Origin: Planctomycetota bacterium
GTDB lineage: Bacteria > Planctomycetota > JAJSAM01 > JAJVHW01
Direction: 5' to 3'
NCBI GenBank assembly: GCA_965248445.1
Contig: CBDFJG010000003.1
Span: forward strand, 576,001 to 640,000
DNA: 64,000 nt
This document shows positions 51,272 through 60,500 of this stretch, piece after piece. The notes beneath the pieces were generated by a model. It worked only from the letters and a program-made list of their open reading frames with translations. It searched no databases and had not been told where the DNA came from. Each line of letters starts with the position of its first letter. Position 1 is the first letter of the stretch. The translations under genes were made by a program, and so were the position numbers.

Positions 51272-51993
51272 CTCGGTTCGAGAGCGCCGCTAATGACCGC
51301 TTCGCGGGCTGCCTCGTCGAACATGCGCAGCGTCTCGGTGCGCTCGGCGTTCGCGGCTTCGGCCTGCTCACGCGCGCCCGGTGTCGGGGCGAAGCCCGTC
51401 TGCCAGTGTTGCGCGGGACCCTCCAACCAACTCGTCGTCGAGTGCTCGGTCAGCCGTCCACCCGTGAACGTGTACGCGTGCGTGCGCACACCGAGCCGCT
51501 GCGTGCTGTTCTCGTAGAGCGTCAGATCCACCCGGATTACTCCGCGTTCCGGCTCAGTCGACCGCAGCCCGAAGCCGCCCGGTGACTCCGTCGTCGTCGC
51601 GGGCGCGAACCCGTGCTCGCGTGCGGTTCCGAGCACCGCGCGGAAGCGTCCCTCGTCCTCGACGATCAGGCCGGCATGGAACAGACGCACGAGTTCCACG
51701 GCCGCTGCTTCGGTTGTGACCGGCGCGAAGATGCGTTCGGTCGTCGTCTGCGTCAGTGCGACCCGCTCCGCGCCGTCGTCTCCGAGCAGGTAGGGGTACG
51801 AGTCACGCAGCGAAGCGCTCCCGTGCAACAGGTTGACTCCCGGCGCCATCTGCAGGCTGTGGAGCACGACGGCGTCGGCAGGGGAGCCGGTCTTCCCGCG
51901 CGGCACCTTCGGGATCTCGTTCGGAGACGTGCTCTCGACAGGTGATGCACAGCCGGTGAGCGCCAAGACGACCGCCAGTGCAGCGGCGCGCAT
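51268..51993 (-). CDS. Hypothetical lipoprotein
   Basis: MRAAALAVVLALTG-C lipobox; starts 7 nt after the upstream stop. Confidence 0.7.
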   Translation of the reverse strand: MRAAALAVVLALTGCASPVESTSPNEIPKVPRGKTGSPADAVVLHSLQMAPGVNLLHGSASLRDSYPYLLGDDGAERVALTQTTTERIFAPVTTEAAAVELVRLFHAGLIVEDEGRFRAVLGTAREHGFAPATTTESPGGFGLRSTEPERGVIRVDLTLYENSTQRLGVRTHAYTFTGGRLTEHSTTSWLEGPAQHWQTGFAPTPGAREQAEAANAERTETLRMFDEAAREAVISGALEPS

Positions 51994-52000
51994 CCCGTCG

Positions 52001-53005
52001 CTACTCGCCGGTCTCTTCGGAACTCGCGTCGCCGTCATCGCCCGCCGGTCCCTTGCCACCGAAGAGAGGCGCCCAGCGGGTGCCCCCGAGACTCTCCAGC
52101 GCCTTGGCCTTTGCCCTGTCGAGCTGGTCGGTCTTCTCCGGGCGTATCGCGTCGATCTGCACGTATGCGGTGATCGCGGCGACGCCGTGCTCTGCGGTGG
52201 CGGCCTCCGGCTCGCCCTTGAACAGCTTGGCTAGTCTCTTGAGGTCCTTCTTCCACGTGGCTGCGGCCTTCTTGTCGGCGGGCCTCTCGACCAGCGCTTG
52301 TTCGATGCGCACGAACTCAGAGTCCGCGTAGTCGCGGGCAAACTGCATTGCCTCGTCGACTTGCGCCCGTTCGTCGCAGCGGCCGCGAATGGCAGCGCCC
52401 TGCCTGCCGAACGCGAGAACCTTCGGCAGGTCACCGTCCTCGGCGGCGGCAACGGCCTTCTCACCGAGCACGACGAGCTTCGCCGCGTCCTGCGCGGTCG
52501 CGGGGAACAGCGGGTGGTTCTCGACGAGATCGAGGTCCTTCTCGAACTCCGCGATCGTGCGGCTGCCGGTGTAACCGTGCACGAACTGGAAGTCGTGCGT
52601 CATGAACGCGATGTAGGGGAGGCTGCCCAAGCCTTTGAACTTCTCGCTGAAGTAGAGGAGGAGCTTGCGCTCGACGTCGGGCGGGTCGGCGGCCGCGGCC
52701 AGACCGACGGCGATCTTCGAGATGCGCGCGCGCACCGGCTTGGTGGGGAGGACGCCCTCCACGAGGGCGCGGCACTTGCTTCAACTCTCGCGGCCGAACT
52801 CGATCAGGATCAGCTTGCGCCGCTCCTCCGCGACCTTCTGCGCGTCGGCCAGCTTCTTGGACCAGTCGAGCGTGCCCTTGTCGTCGTAGAGACGGTGGGG
52901 GCGGAGCGGGTCGGTGTCGGATCCGCGGGCGCCCAGCAGACTGGGCGCGAACGACAGCGCGAGGGTGGCGAGCAGGGCCACGGCAGCGATCCGGGTTGCA
53001 TGCAT
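52001..53005 (-). CDS. Secreted thioredoxin-like probable selenoprotein (U75, UxxC motif), 334 aa with readthrough
   Basis: The 52781-53035 and 52001-52762 ORFs share one frame, joined by TGA: W...L..A...A....KLILIEFGRES-U-SKC-RALV. GGAGG RBS, signal peptide, later LPY cis-Pro motif, SECIS-like hairpin. Confidence 0.82.
52752..52770 (-). promoter_or_regulatory. Candidate bacterial SECIS element
   Basis: GCGCCCUC-GUG-GAGGGCGU hairpin begins 11 nt after the UGA; the loop starts with G, 18 nt from the UGA. Confidence 0.7.
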
Positions 53006-53198
53006 CCGAGAACCTCCCTGCAGGTCGGGACGCACGTGGCCGCGTTCCGGTTCCGCCAGGCTACTCGTTCGGATCGTCAGCGCACGCGGCGGGCCGGAGC
53101 CGCTCTGCTCAGCCGATCGTCAGAGAAGGCCAACGGCCTCTCGCGGGAGGGATCAGCGCGTCCCGGCGGCGGGACCGCCGGGACGCGCGTCGATCAGA

Positions 53199-53603
53199 CT
53201 ACTTCGGCGGACAGGCCTCGGCGCCGATGGGCGCGTTGTAGTCGCCCTCCCACGTGCCGTGGTACGGCTCGCTCATCTCGCCGCCGAATGCTTCGCACAG
53301 GTCTCCGGGGTTGGCGGGGCCCATGTCCTCCGTCATGTCGCTCGGCTGGATCGGCCACAGCGAGTTGTCGTAGACGATGGTCCCGCTGCCGTCGCCGTTG
53401 TCGTAGACGGCTGCGACGAGAGCGGGCGGCGGGGGCGGATCGACCGGCGGATCGGTGATGATCTGTCGGCGCACCTGGATCAGTCCCGGCGTGCCGGTGT
53501 GTTCCTCTTTCGTCTCTCCGTTGCACGCACTGAGTGCCGCGACGCACCCCAGCGCGGCCACCAGTGCCACGGTCGTCACGACTCGTCTCCAGTTCGAGAT
53601 CAT
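53199..53603 (-). CDS. Small Pro-rich lipoprotein
   Basis: GGAGG RBS; lipobox ALSA-C; DPPPPP linker; two further Cys. Confidence 0.7.
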   Translation of the reverse strand: MISNWRRVVTTVALVAALGCVAALSACNGETKEEHTGTPGLIQVRRQIITDPPVDPPPPPALVAAVYDNGDGSGTIVYDNSLWPIQPSDMTEDMGPANPGDLCEAFGGEMSEPYHGTWEGDYNAPIGAEACPPK

Positions 53604-53722
53604 CTCACCCTCCAGCCCGCCGACATCGGTGCCGACGGTGACAATTCAGCACGGCTCCCGAGGCGGGCTGATGACGCTATCGAACCGTGGTGGCCTGGCG
53701 CAAGCGGAGCTTGCGCAGGGGC

Positions 53723-56700
53723 TCAATCGCAGCCTGCGCGCTCGAGGGCCCCTCGCACGGAGATGACGTCCCGGACCTGCTCGTACTGGGCGGTTGAGAC
53801 CCTCGCCGCAGCCTGCGCCAGCAGCTCCCGCACGCGTGGCAACGAGTCGCCGGCATGCGGCGCGATGAGCCCCAGGAACTCGCAGACCGCGAAGTGGTCG
53901 GGCTCCTCCGCCGCTTCGTCGAGGAGGTCGGACAGTTCGTCTTGATCGACCGGCGCCCCGCAGTCCATTTGGAGACCGCGCGACACCATGTAAGCAGCGC
54001 GGAACCCCGCCGCCGCCCAGAGAGTGCCCGCGCGCTCGGCCAGTGACCGCGCCAGGTTGCGATCCCCGGCCTGCCGGGCGAATGGCGCTTCCGCGGAAAG
54101 AGCCATGGCTTCGATCCACGGAGAGCCGATCGCGGCGGCGGCCTCGACGAACTCGAGATCGGGGGGCAAGACGTCACCCGCGTCGTAGTGCATTCTGCGG
54201 ATGACGGCCTCGGCGTACGCCTCGTACAGCGCGTGGCGCGAGACCCTTGCGATCTCGCGCGCTTCGTCGGCCGCGTTCAGACAATCGTCGAGACGACCTG
54301 CTTCCAGGAACGCCACGGCCGCGTTCAGCAGCGCTGCCATGCGCACGGGCGCGCGCGTCACGCCCTCGAGGCCGGCGATCTCCATCTCGGCGGCTTCGGC
54401 GTGCCGCATCTGGCGGCTGTAGAGCAACGCCGTCCACGCGCGGTGGTTGGCGCGCGCGCGGTCGCTGTCGATGCGCTCGGCCCACTCACCGATCTCCTCC
54501 AGGATCGCGATCTGACGGTCCAGCGGGAGGCGCCCGCTCACGTTCGACCGTATGCCCTGTCGCCACAACTCGAGCACCACATCGTCGAACGGACCGCACG
54601 CGTCGAGCATCTTCATCGCCCGCGCGGGATCGCCGGTGTGGCTCTCCTGGACAGCGAGCAGGAACTGACGCATCTCTCCGAGGTGCGCGGCCTGGTTCGG
54701 TGCGCGCCCCATCTCGTAGAGCGCCTGGTTCACGGCTCCGGTCGTGCCGTCGGCGAGACAGGCCCGCACGTACGCCATGAGCACGTCGTCGTGCGAGCGG
54801 TCGTCGTTTGCCCGGCGGGCCGCGTCAAGCCCCAGCGCGAACGCGGCGAGCGCGTCTCCCGTCTTCCCCGCCGTGACGAGACGCCGGCCCAGAGCCAGGG
54901 ATTCGGCCACGACCTCGTCGGGATCGCCGGACGAGGCGAGGTGCCGAAGGCGACCCCCCGAACCCGGGGGCAGGGAGTCTGCGAGCTTCCTGTGCGCGGC
55001 CTCACGCTTCTCGTCCGTCCATGTCTGGAGAACTTCGGGCAGCGCCAGTGGCTGCAGGCGGCCGTCCTCCAGGCGGCGGAGCAGTCCCTCCTCGACCAGC
55101 AGGTCGATCTCGGGCTGGAGAGTCCAACCGGGGCGGCCGGCGACCTTCGTGAGGAGGTCGAAGTCGCCGTACGGCCACGCCAGCGCGATCCACGCGAGGA
55201 GTTCCTGCAGCTCTCCCGAACGCAGCGCCGCGAGCCGCGGGCCGGAGAGCAACGCGCCACCGACCGGCAGTCCGTCGTGCAGGCGATTCAGCGCGGTGCG
55301 CTCGATTTCGATGCGGCCGTCCACCCAGTGCGCGAAGCCGTGGCGCACCCACGCGGAGATCTCGGCTGCGACGTTCCCCGGGACGCCCCCGGTGCGCCGC
55401 CACAGCTCGTCCGCGGCGTCCTCGGGGATGTGGAGGATCCGGCTGGGCCCCGCGAAGAGCGGGCGCAGGTCTTGTGCGGAGAGGGAGCCCAGCCGGACAC
55501 AGCCCGCGGTCGGCGCTTCGATGACCCGCACGACCGACCCTTCGGAGCGGCCGCGGTCGATTGCGGACTGGGACCACGGATCCACGCTCTGCGGTTCGTC
55601 GACCAGGAAGACCGCGCCGCTCTGGAGTGCATCGAAGAAGCGCTTGTCGAGCACTTCGAACGCGTCTTCCTGGGACATGGTCTCGAGTCCGTCGAAACCA
55701 CCGATGTGGGTTGCGAGGCTCGCGTACGGACTCCGCCCGACCTGCACCCAGTACACGGATCGTCCGTCGCTCTCGGCGGACTCCGCGGCGTCTTCGAGCA
55801 GACGGGAACGCCCACTCCCGGGGCCGCCATGGACGTCGATGGACCGGCGCTCGGTGACCGCGGCGAGCACTGACTCGACCGCTTCGCGGGACCCCAGGCG
55901 GGGCACTCGTTGCTCGCCGGTCGACGGTGCGCCGCCGCCGAAGAGCAGTCGCAGCGCCTCGCCGGCGGACTGGGGGCGGTCCCGCGGATCGACGGAAAGG
56001 AGTTGGTCGACGATGGCGGCGATTTCCCGCGGAACGTCCGGCGCCACGCGGGCGAGCGGGATCGATGCGCCGGACAGCTTCTGTCGCAGCAGGGCCGCGA
56101 AGTCGCTCACGTGGATGGGGAGGTCGCCGCTCAGCGCTTCGTAGAGCATCACTCCGAGGGCATAGAGGTCCGTGCGGCCGTCGATGCCCCGGCCTCGGAT
56201 CTGCTCCGGCGCCAGGTATTCGGGTGTGCCGACCATGGCGCCGTCAATCGTCACGCCGCCGCCGAGCGCGGGTCCGTACGACAACCCGAAGTCGACCAGG
56301 GTCACGCGCCCGTCGTCACCGACGAGCACGTTGGCGGGCTTGAGGTCGCGATGGACCACGCCGGCCGCGTGCACGCGGCCGAGTGTCTCGAGCATGGAGC
56401 GGATCAGCGGGGCGATGGACTCCCAGTCCCGGGCGCGCCCGTCTCCCGGGAACTCGGTCCCGTCGACGAGGTCCATGACGAGGTGTGTGGCGTCCCCGTC
56501 GGTGACCTCGTCTCGCAGCGTGACGACACCGGGAAGGCGCAGGAGGCGCAGCGCGGCGATCTCTCGATGCAGGCGCGGTTCGGACGAGAGCAGGCTGCGC
56601 TTGACCGACTTGACCGCGACCGCGCCGCCCGCGAACAGGTCCTCTCCGCGCCAGACCACGCCCGCCGCCCCGCGGCCCAATTCGCCGCGGAGCTCGTAGC

Positions 56701-56767
56701 GCCCGCCGAGGATGCGATTCCCCGCGTCGATCGGTTCGCGTGAGATCAGGTCGCCGTCCGCCGCCAT
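53723..56767 (-). CDS. Hanks-type Ser/Thr kinase with a degenerate P-loop NTPase domain and TPR-like C-terminus
   Basis: GRGAAG, VAVK, HRDLKPAN, DFG, GTPEYLAPE; then GGPGSGRS and TGGVP motifs; helical repeats. Confidence 0.92.
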   Translation of the reverse strand: MAADGDLISREPIDAGNRILGGRYELRGELGRGAAGVVWRGEDLFAGGAVAVKSVKRSLLSSEPRLHREIAALRLLRLPGVVTLRDEVTDGDATHLVMDLVDGTEFPGDGRARDWESIAPLIRSMLETLGRVHAAGVVHRDLKPANVLVGDDGRVTLVDFGLSYGPALGGGVTIDGAMVGTPEYLAPEQIRGRGIDGRTDLYALGVMLYEALSGDLPIHVSDFAALLRQKLSGASIPLARVAPDVPREIAAIVDQLLSVDPRDRPQSAGEALRLLFGGGAPSTGEQRVPRLGSREAVESVLAAVTERRSIDVHGGPGSGRSRLLEDAAESAESDGRSVYWVQVGRSPYASLATHIGGFDGLETMSQEDAFEVLDKRFFDALQSGAVFLVDEPQSVDPWSQSAIDRGRSEGSVVRVIEAPTAGCVRLGSLSAQDLRPLFAGPSRILHIPEDAADELWRRTGGVPGNVAAEISAWVRHGFAHWVDGRIEIERTALNRLHDGLPVGGALLSGPRLAALRSGELQELLAWIALAWPYGDFDLLTKVAGRPGWTLQPEIDLLVEEGLLRRLEDGRLQPLALPEVLQTWTDEKREAAHRKLADSLPPGSGGRLRHLASSGDPDEVVAESLALGRRLVTAGKTGDALAAFALGLDAARRANDDRSHDDVLMAYVRACLADGTTGAVNQALYEMGRAPNQAAHLGEMRQFLLAVQESHTGDPARAMKMLDACGPFDDVVLELWRQGIRSNVSGRLPLDRQIAILEEIGEWAERIDSDRARANHRAWTALLYSRQMRHAEAAEMEIAGLEGVTRAPVRMAALLNAAVAFLEAGRLDDCLNAADEAREIARVSRHALYEAYAEAVIRRMHYDAGDVLPPDLEFVEAAAAIGSPWIEAMALSAEAPFARQAGDRNLARSLAERAGTLWAAAGFRAAYMVSRGLQMDCGAPVDQDELSDLLDEAAEEPDHFAVCEFLGLIAPHAGDSLPRVRELLAQAAARVSTAQYEQVRDVISVRGALERAGCD

Positions 56768-56845
56768 GCGCGTCTAACCCTCCCTGGGAGACGCACGAGA
56801 AGCTAACTGCCGCCGCGTCTGCTCCGAAGCGCAGAGGCGGGCCGT

Positions 56846-59392
56846 TCACTCGCCGGATGCAGGCGCTGGAGACTCGGCAGGCGGGGCGCCGAGCGTGAGC
56901 GTGACGACGGACTCGAGCGTCTCGGCGTCCCTCGCGGTGGCGGTGGCGCGGTTTTCCAGGTCGCCGGTCGCGTCGGCTCGGCAGATCAGCGTGATCGTGA
57001 GGTCGGCCTCGTCGCCGGGCGCGAGCGGCTCGAGCAGCCAGACGATCTCGGTCCTGCTCTCGTTCAACGCCGCATCCTCGGGGTACGTATCGATGATGCT
57101 CGACCCGGCGGGAATCACGTTCGTCACCACGACGTCCTCGGCCGGCAGTCCGCCGATGTTCCTGACCGTCAGGGCGAGCACGAAGGGCTGCCCTGCGACC
57201 GCTCCGGACGGCTTGGACGTCTCGAACTCCAGGGCGACCTTGTCCAGCAGGCGCCGCCGCCGTGCCTCCTGGACTGCCTCGAATGCGTTCACGAACCCGA
57301 ATCCGTGCGTTTCGCTGTACAGCAGGCCGCGACCCGCTTCGCGCCGGTAGTCCGCGCTCTCTGGTTCGATCCTGTCGGCCGTACGTTCGAGGATGTCGCG
57401 GACCTCGTCACCCCTGAGTTCGGGGTTCTCGGAGATGACCAGCGCGGCGACGCCGGCAACGATCGGCGTGGCGGCCGATGTGCCCTTGAAGCAGGTGTCG
57501 TAGCTGCCGTCCTTGGTCTGGCGCGGCCCATCGGTGCGACAGGGGCATGGCCCGCTCAGGCCGCCCCAGTTGTTTCCCGTCTTCGGGCGGGAGAGGTCAG
57601 TCGTCGTGATACCGGCATTTCCGGCGGGGGGAGCGGCCGGGTCGCACTGCTTCTTGTCATTCGCGACGGTCGACTCGCCGGGACCGAGGAGGCTCATCCC
57701 GCGACCGAATCCACACCGCCCCCAGACGCGAGCGTCGGTCGCACGACCGATAGCCATGACCGCCGCGAGTGAGGCGATCGGCCGCCACTCCCAGAGCCCC
57801 GAGACGCCTCGCACGATCGACTCGCCGCCCTCGCGCACCGTCTGGAACGGCGTGGCCGAGTCGGCTTCACTCTCGATCTGGCAGGACTGGTTACCCAACG
57901 GACCGAGGGGCGGCACCGTGAAGTTGTTCGTGTTCTTGTTCGTCAGGGAGAACAGCACGACACATCCCTTGCCCCCGCGACCCAGCATGGTCGCGCGCTG
58001 GATAGCGCAGCGCAGCGCGTCGGATACATTGTTCCCCTTGCCGAGGCTCCAGCTGCAACTGATCACGGCTGCGCCGTTCTTCCACGCGTGGTCGATCGCC
58101 AGCACGTCGGCCTCGGGCGTCCCCACGCCGGTTGCGATGGCCATCAGCCCGCACTCCGGAGCCACACCGCTGATGCCGATGCCGTTGTTCCCGCGGCCCA
58201 CGGCCAGGCCGGCCGTCGCCGTTCCGTCCGTCGAGTCGCGCACCAGTTTCCCCGCGTCGTTCAGCGTCCCCCGCAGGTCCGGATCGGGAGTGCCGAGCGG
58301 GAGGTTGGTGGAGAAGTTCCGGTGCGCTTGGCCGCGCGCATTCTCCTCCAGATCCGGGTGGCTGATCTGCACGCCGTAGAGCTCGATGATCGCCACGACG
58401 ACGTCCGGCGATCCCATCGTGTTCGGGCCGCTTCTCGTCCACGCATCGACGACGCCGGTCTCCTCGAGGTGCCACTGCCGCGGGAAGAGCGGGTCGTTCA
58501 CGACGGGTGCCGGGTCGGGCACGGGATCCTCGTCCTCGACGTGTGGGACGAGGAGGTTGAGATTGGCGGTTCCGCCGCAGGCGGCCTCGTCGCGGACGCG
58601 CTGCGCCACGCGCAGCCACTCCGCCGGCTCGAACCCCGCGGCGCGAATGACGAAGAGGCCGGGCACGTAGGGGCTCTCCTCGATGCTCTCGGCGCCCCAG
58701 CGCTCGGTCAGGGCGTGGATGGCATCCTCCCGAGTCGGCTCGCACGTGGCGAGGAGCTGGTCTTCGTCGATGCGGACGATGATCTCGGGCGTGAGCACGA
58801 CCGCGGGCCACTCGTCGCAGGGGGCGCCTACCACCGGGACGAGTGCGGGCACTCCCACGTGGCGGTCCACGCAGTCGCGGAGCGCACAGAGCGCCTCGGA
58901 CTGCATTCCGGGCATCGTGTCGCCGACGAAGATCCCTCCCGAGCGCAGGGTGTCGAAACCGTCGTGGCCGACGCTGTGCGTGTTCTTCATCCCCGGCAGG
59001 AGCTCGTCGCCGTCGTATGCCAGCGAAGCCGGCCCCCAGGCGGCGATCGCGTCCGGTACGAGAATCACGGGTACGTCCTCCCCGGCGTACGAGAAGAACG
59101 ACACTCCCGGGGGGACCGGCAGCTTCATGCGCCGGTCCGGGCCCAGGAGCGACCGCGCGTCGAACCGCTTGACGTTCTCGAACCAGTCCATGGAGGGGAG
59201 CGCGTACTGCGCGTGGAGCGCGGACAGCTCGGCGATGCCGAACGCCGGCGGCGGGGGGGCGACGGGGGCGAATCGCGCCCCCGGCAGGTGGAACGGCGCG
59301 GCGCAGCCGCCTGCGAGCCCGCAGGCGACGATCAGGACGACGGCAGCCGCTGCCGGATTCCGGCCGGTTCCGTGGCTGCCTGTGTCCCGCAT
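56846..59392 (-). CDS. S8 subtilase-family lipoprotein with a non-canonical Glu-Asp-Ser triad and C-terminal DUF11-like domain
   Basis: NDPLFPRQWHL, VAIIELYGV..SHPDL, DGTATAG, GVAP, VISCSWS, FKGTSAATP.VAGVAAL, GFG.VNA; LTVRN.G...A.DVVV...P. Confidence 0.9.
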   Translation of the reverse strand: MRDTGSHGTGRNPAAAAVVLIVACGLAGGCAAPFHLPGARFAPVAPPPPAFGIAELSALHAQYALPSMDWFENVKRFDARSLLGPDRRMKLPVPPGVSFFSYAGEDVPVILVPDAIAAWGPASLAYDGDELLPGMKNTHSVGHDGFDTLRSGGIFVGDTMPGMQSEALCALRDCVDRHVGVPALVPVVGAPCDEWPAVVLTPEIIVRIDEDQLLATCEPTREDAIHALTERWGAESIEESPYVPGLFVIRAAGFEPAEWLRVAQRVRDEAACGGTANLNLLVPHVEDEDPVPDPAPVVNDPLFPRQWHLEETGVVDAWTRSGPNTMGSPDVVVAIIELYGVQISHPDLEENARGQAHRNFSTNLPLGTPDPDLRGTLNDAGKLVRDSTDGTATAGLAVGRGNNGIGISGVAPECGLMAIATGVGTPEADVLAIDHAWKNGAAVISCSWSLGKGNNVSDALRCAIQRATMLGRGGKGCVVLFSLTNKNTNNFTVPPLGPLGNQSCQIESEADSATPFQTVREGGESIVRGVSGLWEWRPIASLAAVMAIGRATDARVWGRCGFGRGMSLLGPGESTVANDKKQCDPAAPPAGNAGITTTDLSRPKTGNNWGGLSGPCPCRTDGPRQTKDGSYDTCFKGTSAATPIVAGVAALVISENPELRGDEVRDILERTADRIEPESADYRREAGRGLLYSETHGFGFVNAFEAVQEARRRRLLDKVALEFETSKPSGAVAGQPFVLALTVRNIGGLPAEDVVVTNVIPAGSSIIDTYPEDAALNESRTEIVWLLEPLAPGDEADLTITLICRADATGDLENRATATARDAETLESVVTLTLGAPPAESPAPASGE

Positions 59393-59696
59393 CGAGTCCT
59401 CCCGTCACCTGGCTTCGGTGCGCGCGGCCGTCGGGACGGTCGGCCTGCGGGCAGTCCGGGAGCCGCACCTCTATGGGCCAACCGGGCGTCCGCTTGGGAC
59501 AGGACGGGGCAGCGGCCTCCCAGGCGTGAGCGGGCATCTGCCGAACCGCCGCTCCTGAGGACCGCTGGAGCCGCTGTTTCGCTCCCGGCTCCCGTCACTC
59601 GTAGTACCTTCGTCGCGTCGTCCGCCGCCCCTTGCGCCGGAGTCGCGTGAGGGGGTTGGTCGCTGGGCGCCCGTCGTCCGTCGTTGCGGAGAGTCC

Positions 59697-60500
59697 ATGC
59701 CCGCTCAGTCCATGCCTGCCCAGCCCATGCCTGCCCGTTCCAATCCCACGCAGCCCAAGCCCGCCATCGAGGTCGAGAACCTCACCAAGCGCTACGGCCC
59801 GCGCACCGCGGTGGACGACATCTCGTTCACCGTCCAGGATGGCGAGGTGGTCGGCTTCCTCGGACCGAACGGCGCGGGAAAGACCACGACGCTACGCATC
59901 CTGACCGGGTTCCAGCCGGCCACCAGCGGGACGGCGCGCGTGGCCGGATACGACGTGTTCTCAGACGGCATCAAGGTGCGAGCGAACACCGGCTACCTGC
60001 CCGAGGGCACACCCCTCTATGGGGAGATGCGCGTCCGCAGCTATCTCGACTACCGGGCGACGCTCAAGGGCGTGCCCCGGCGTTCGCGAAGCGAGTACGT
60101 CGAGCGTGCCATGGAACGCTGCGACGTCACGGACGTGCAGGGCCGGATCATCGGACACCTCTCGAAGGGCTATCGCCAGCGAGTCGGCTTGGCCGACGCA
60201 CTCGTGCATCAGCCGCGCGTGCTGATTCTGGACGAGCCCACGTCGGGTCTGGACCCGAACCAGGTGCGCGACGTGCGCGATCTCGTGAAGGAGATCTCGG
60301 CCGACACGACCGTCCTCTTCTCGACGCACACCATCCCGTGGGTCGAGCAGGTCTGCGAGCGCGTGATCGTCATCAGCCAGGGGCGCATTGCGCTCGACGG
60401 GACGCTCGATGAGTTGCGCAAGGAGCACGACAGTTCGGTGGAGGACATCTTCACGAACCTGACCCGTGGCACCGAGCAGGTCATCGAGGTGCGGCGATGA
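59697..60500 (+). CDS. ABC transporter ATP-binding protein (GldA-like)
   Basis: GFLGPNGAGKTT, LSKGYRQR, LDEPTSGLDP, STH. Confidence 0.95.
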   Translation: MPAQSMPAQPMPARSNPTQPKPAIEVENLTKRYGPRTAVDDISFTVQDGEVVGFLGPNGAGKTTTLRILTGFQPATSGTARVAGYDVFSDGIKVRANTGYLPEGTPLYGEMRVRSYLDYRATLKGVPRRSRSEYVERAMERCDVTDVQGRIIGHLSKGYRQRVGLADALVHQPRVLILDEPTSGLDPNQVRDVRDLVKEISADTTVLFSTHTIPWVEQVCERVIVISQGRIALDGTLDELRKEHDSSVEDIFTNLTRGTEQVIEVRR

